Source of the DNA: Pristiophorus japonicus
Lineage: Eukaryota
Direction of reading: 5' to 3'
DNA: 64,000 nucleotides
NCBI RefSeq assembly: GCF_044704955.1
Contig: NC_091999.1
Coordinates: forward strand, 47,926,001-47,990,000
Shown here: positions 63,744-64,000 of the stretch, piece by piece
Layout of the letters: each line of letters begins with the position of its first letter
Numbering within the stretch: position 1 is the stretch's first letter
Notes under the pieces: generated by a model
What the model was told of the DNA's origin: nothing
The model's input: only the letters and a program-made list of their open reading frames with translations
Databases searched by the model: none
Program-made: the position numbers and the translations under genes

Positions 63744-64000
63744 CTATACCTCAATATCATCTATCCGCCTCATTTGTGTAACCCCTTGCCTAACAAAGAT
63801 GTATCAATCTCAGTTTTGACATTTTCAATTGATCCTCCGCCTCAACAGCTGTTGGGGGAGAGATTTCCAGATTACTATTATCATTTGTGTGAAAGAATCC
63901 TTCCTGACCTCACTCCTCAATGGGCTCGCTCGAATTTTGGGTTTCTGCCCCTTGTTCTCAATCCCGCACCAAGGAAATATTTTCTCTCTACCCTAACAAT
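63744..64000 (-). mobile_element. CR1 3' end split by the Gypsy insertion (other part at about 59270-59343)
   Basis: cagtccatcaagcctgttcctccattcaattag...ctgca | LTR element | ctatacctcaa...atcaatctcagttttga...gggagagatttccagatt. Confidence 0.7.

Overview
Vertebrate genomic DNA, almost certainly from a cartilaginous fish (inferred from the shark-type IgM constant and TM exons, the shark-type GPR139-like GPCR and the CR1/DeuSINE/LF-SINE repeats). It is repeat-dominated and has two assembly gaps (616-956 and 35791-36015). The host content is part of an antigen-receptor locus. On the minus strand lies the 3' half of a degenerate IgM heavy-chain cluster: a wrecked Cmu3, an open Cmu4 with secretory tail, TM1 and TM2 (54767-58612). 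About 3.5 kb from it begins an array of four TCR alpha/delta-type V pseudogenes with leader remnants and variably preserved RSSs. One V is on the plus strand (50888-51231) and three are on the minus strand. One of those three is split by a 4.5 kb full-length CR1 and is not visible in the ORF track. A GPR139-like pseudogene lies at 26872-27779. The remainder is CR1 LINEs, a decayed Gypsy element with both LTRs, Harbinger-like remnants and MITEs, SINEs and minisatellites. These include a 27-bp satellite arranged as a large inverted repeat beside a motif-dense candidate lymphoid regulatory element. All protein and repeat assignments come from reading motifs by eye; no database search was run.
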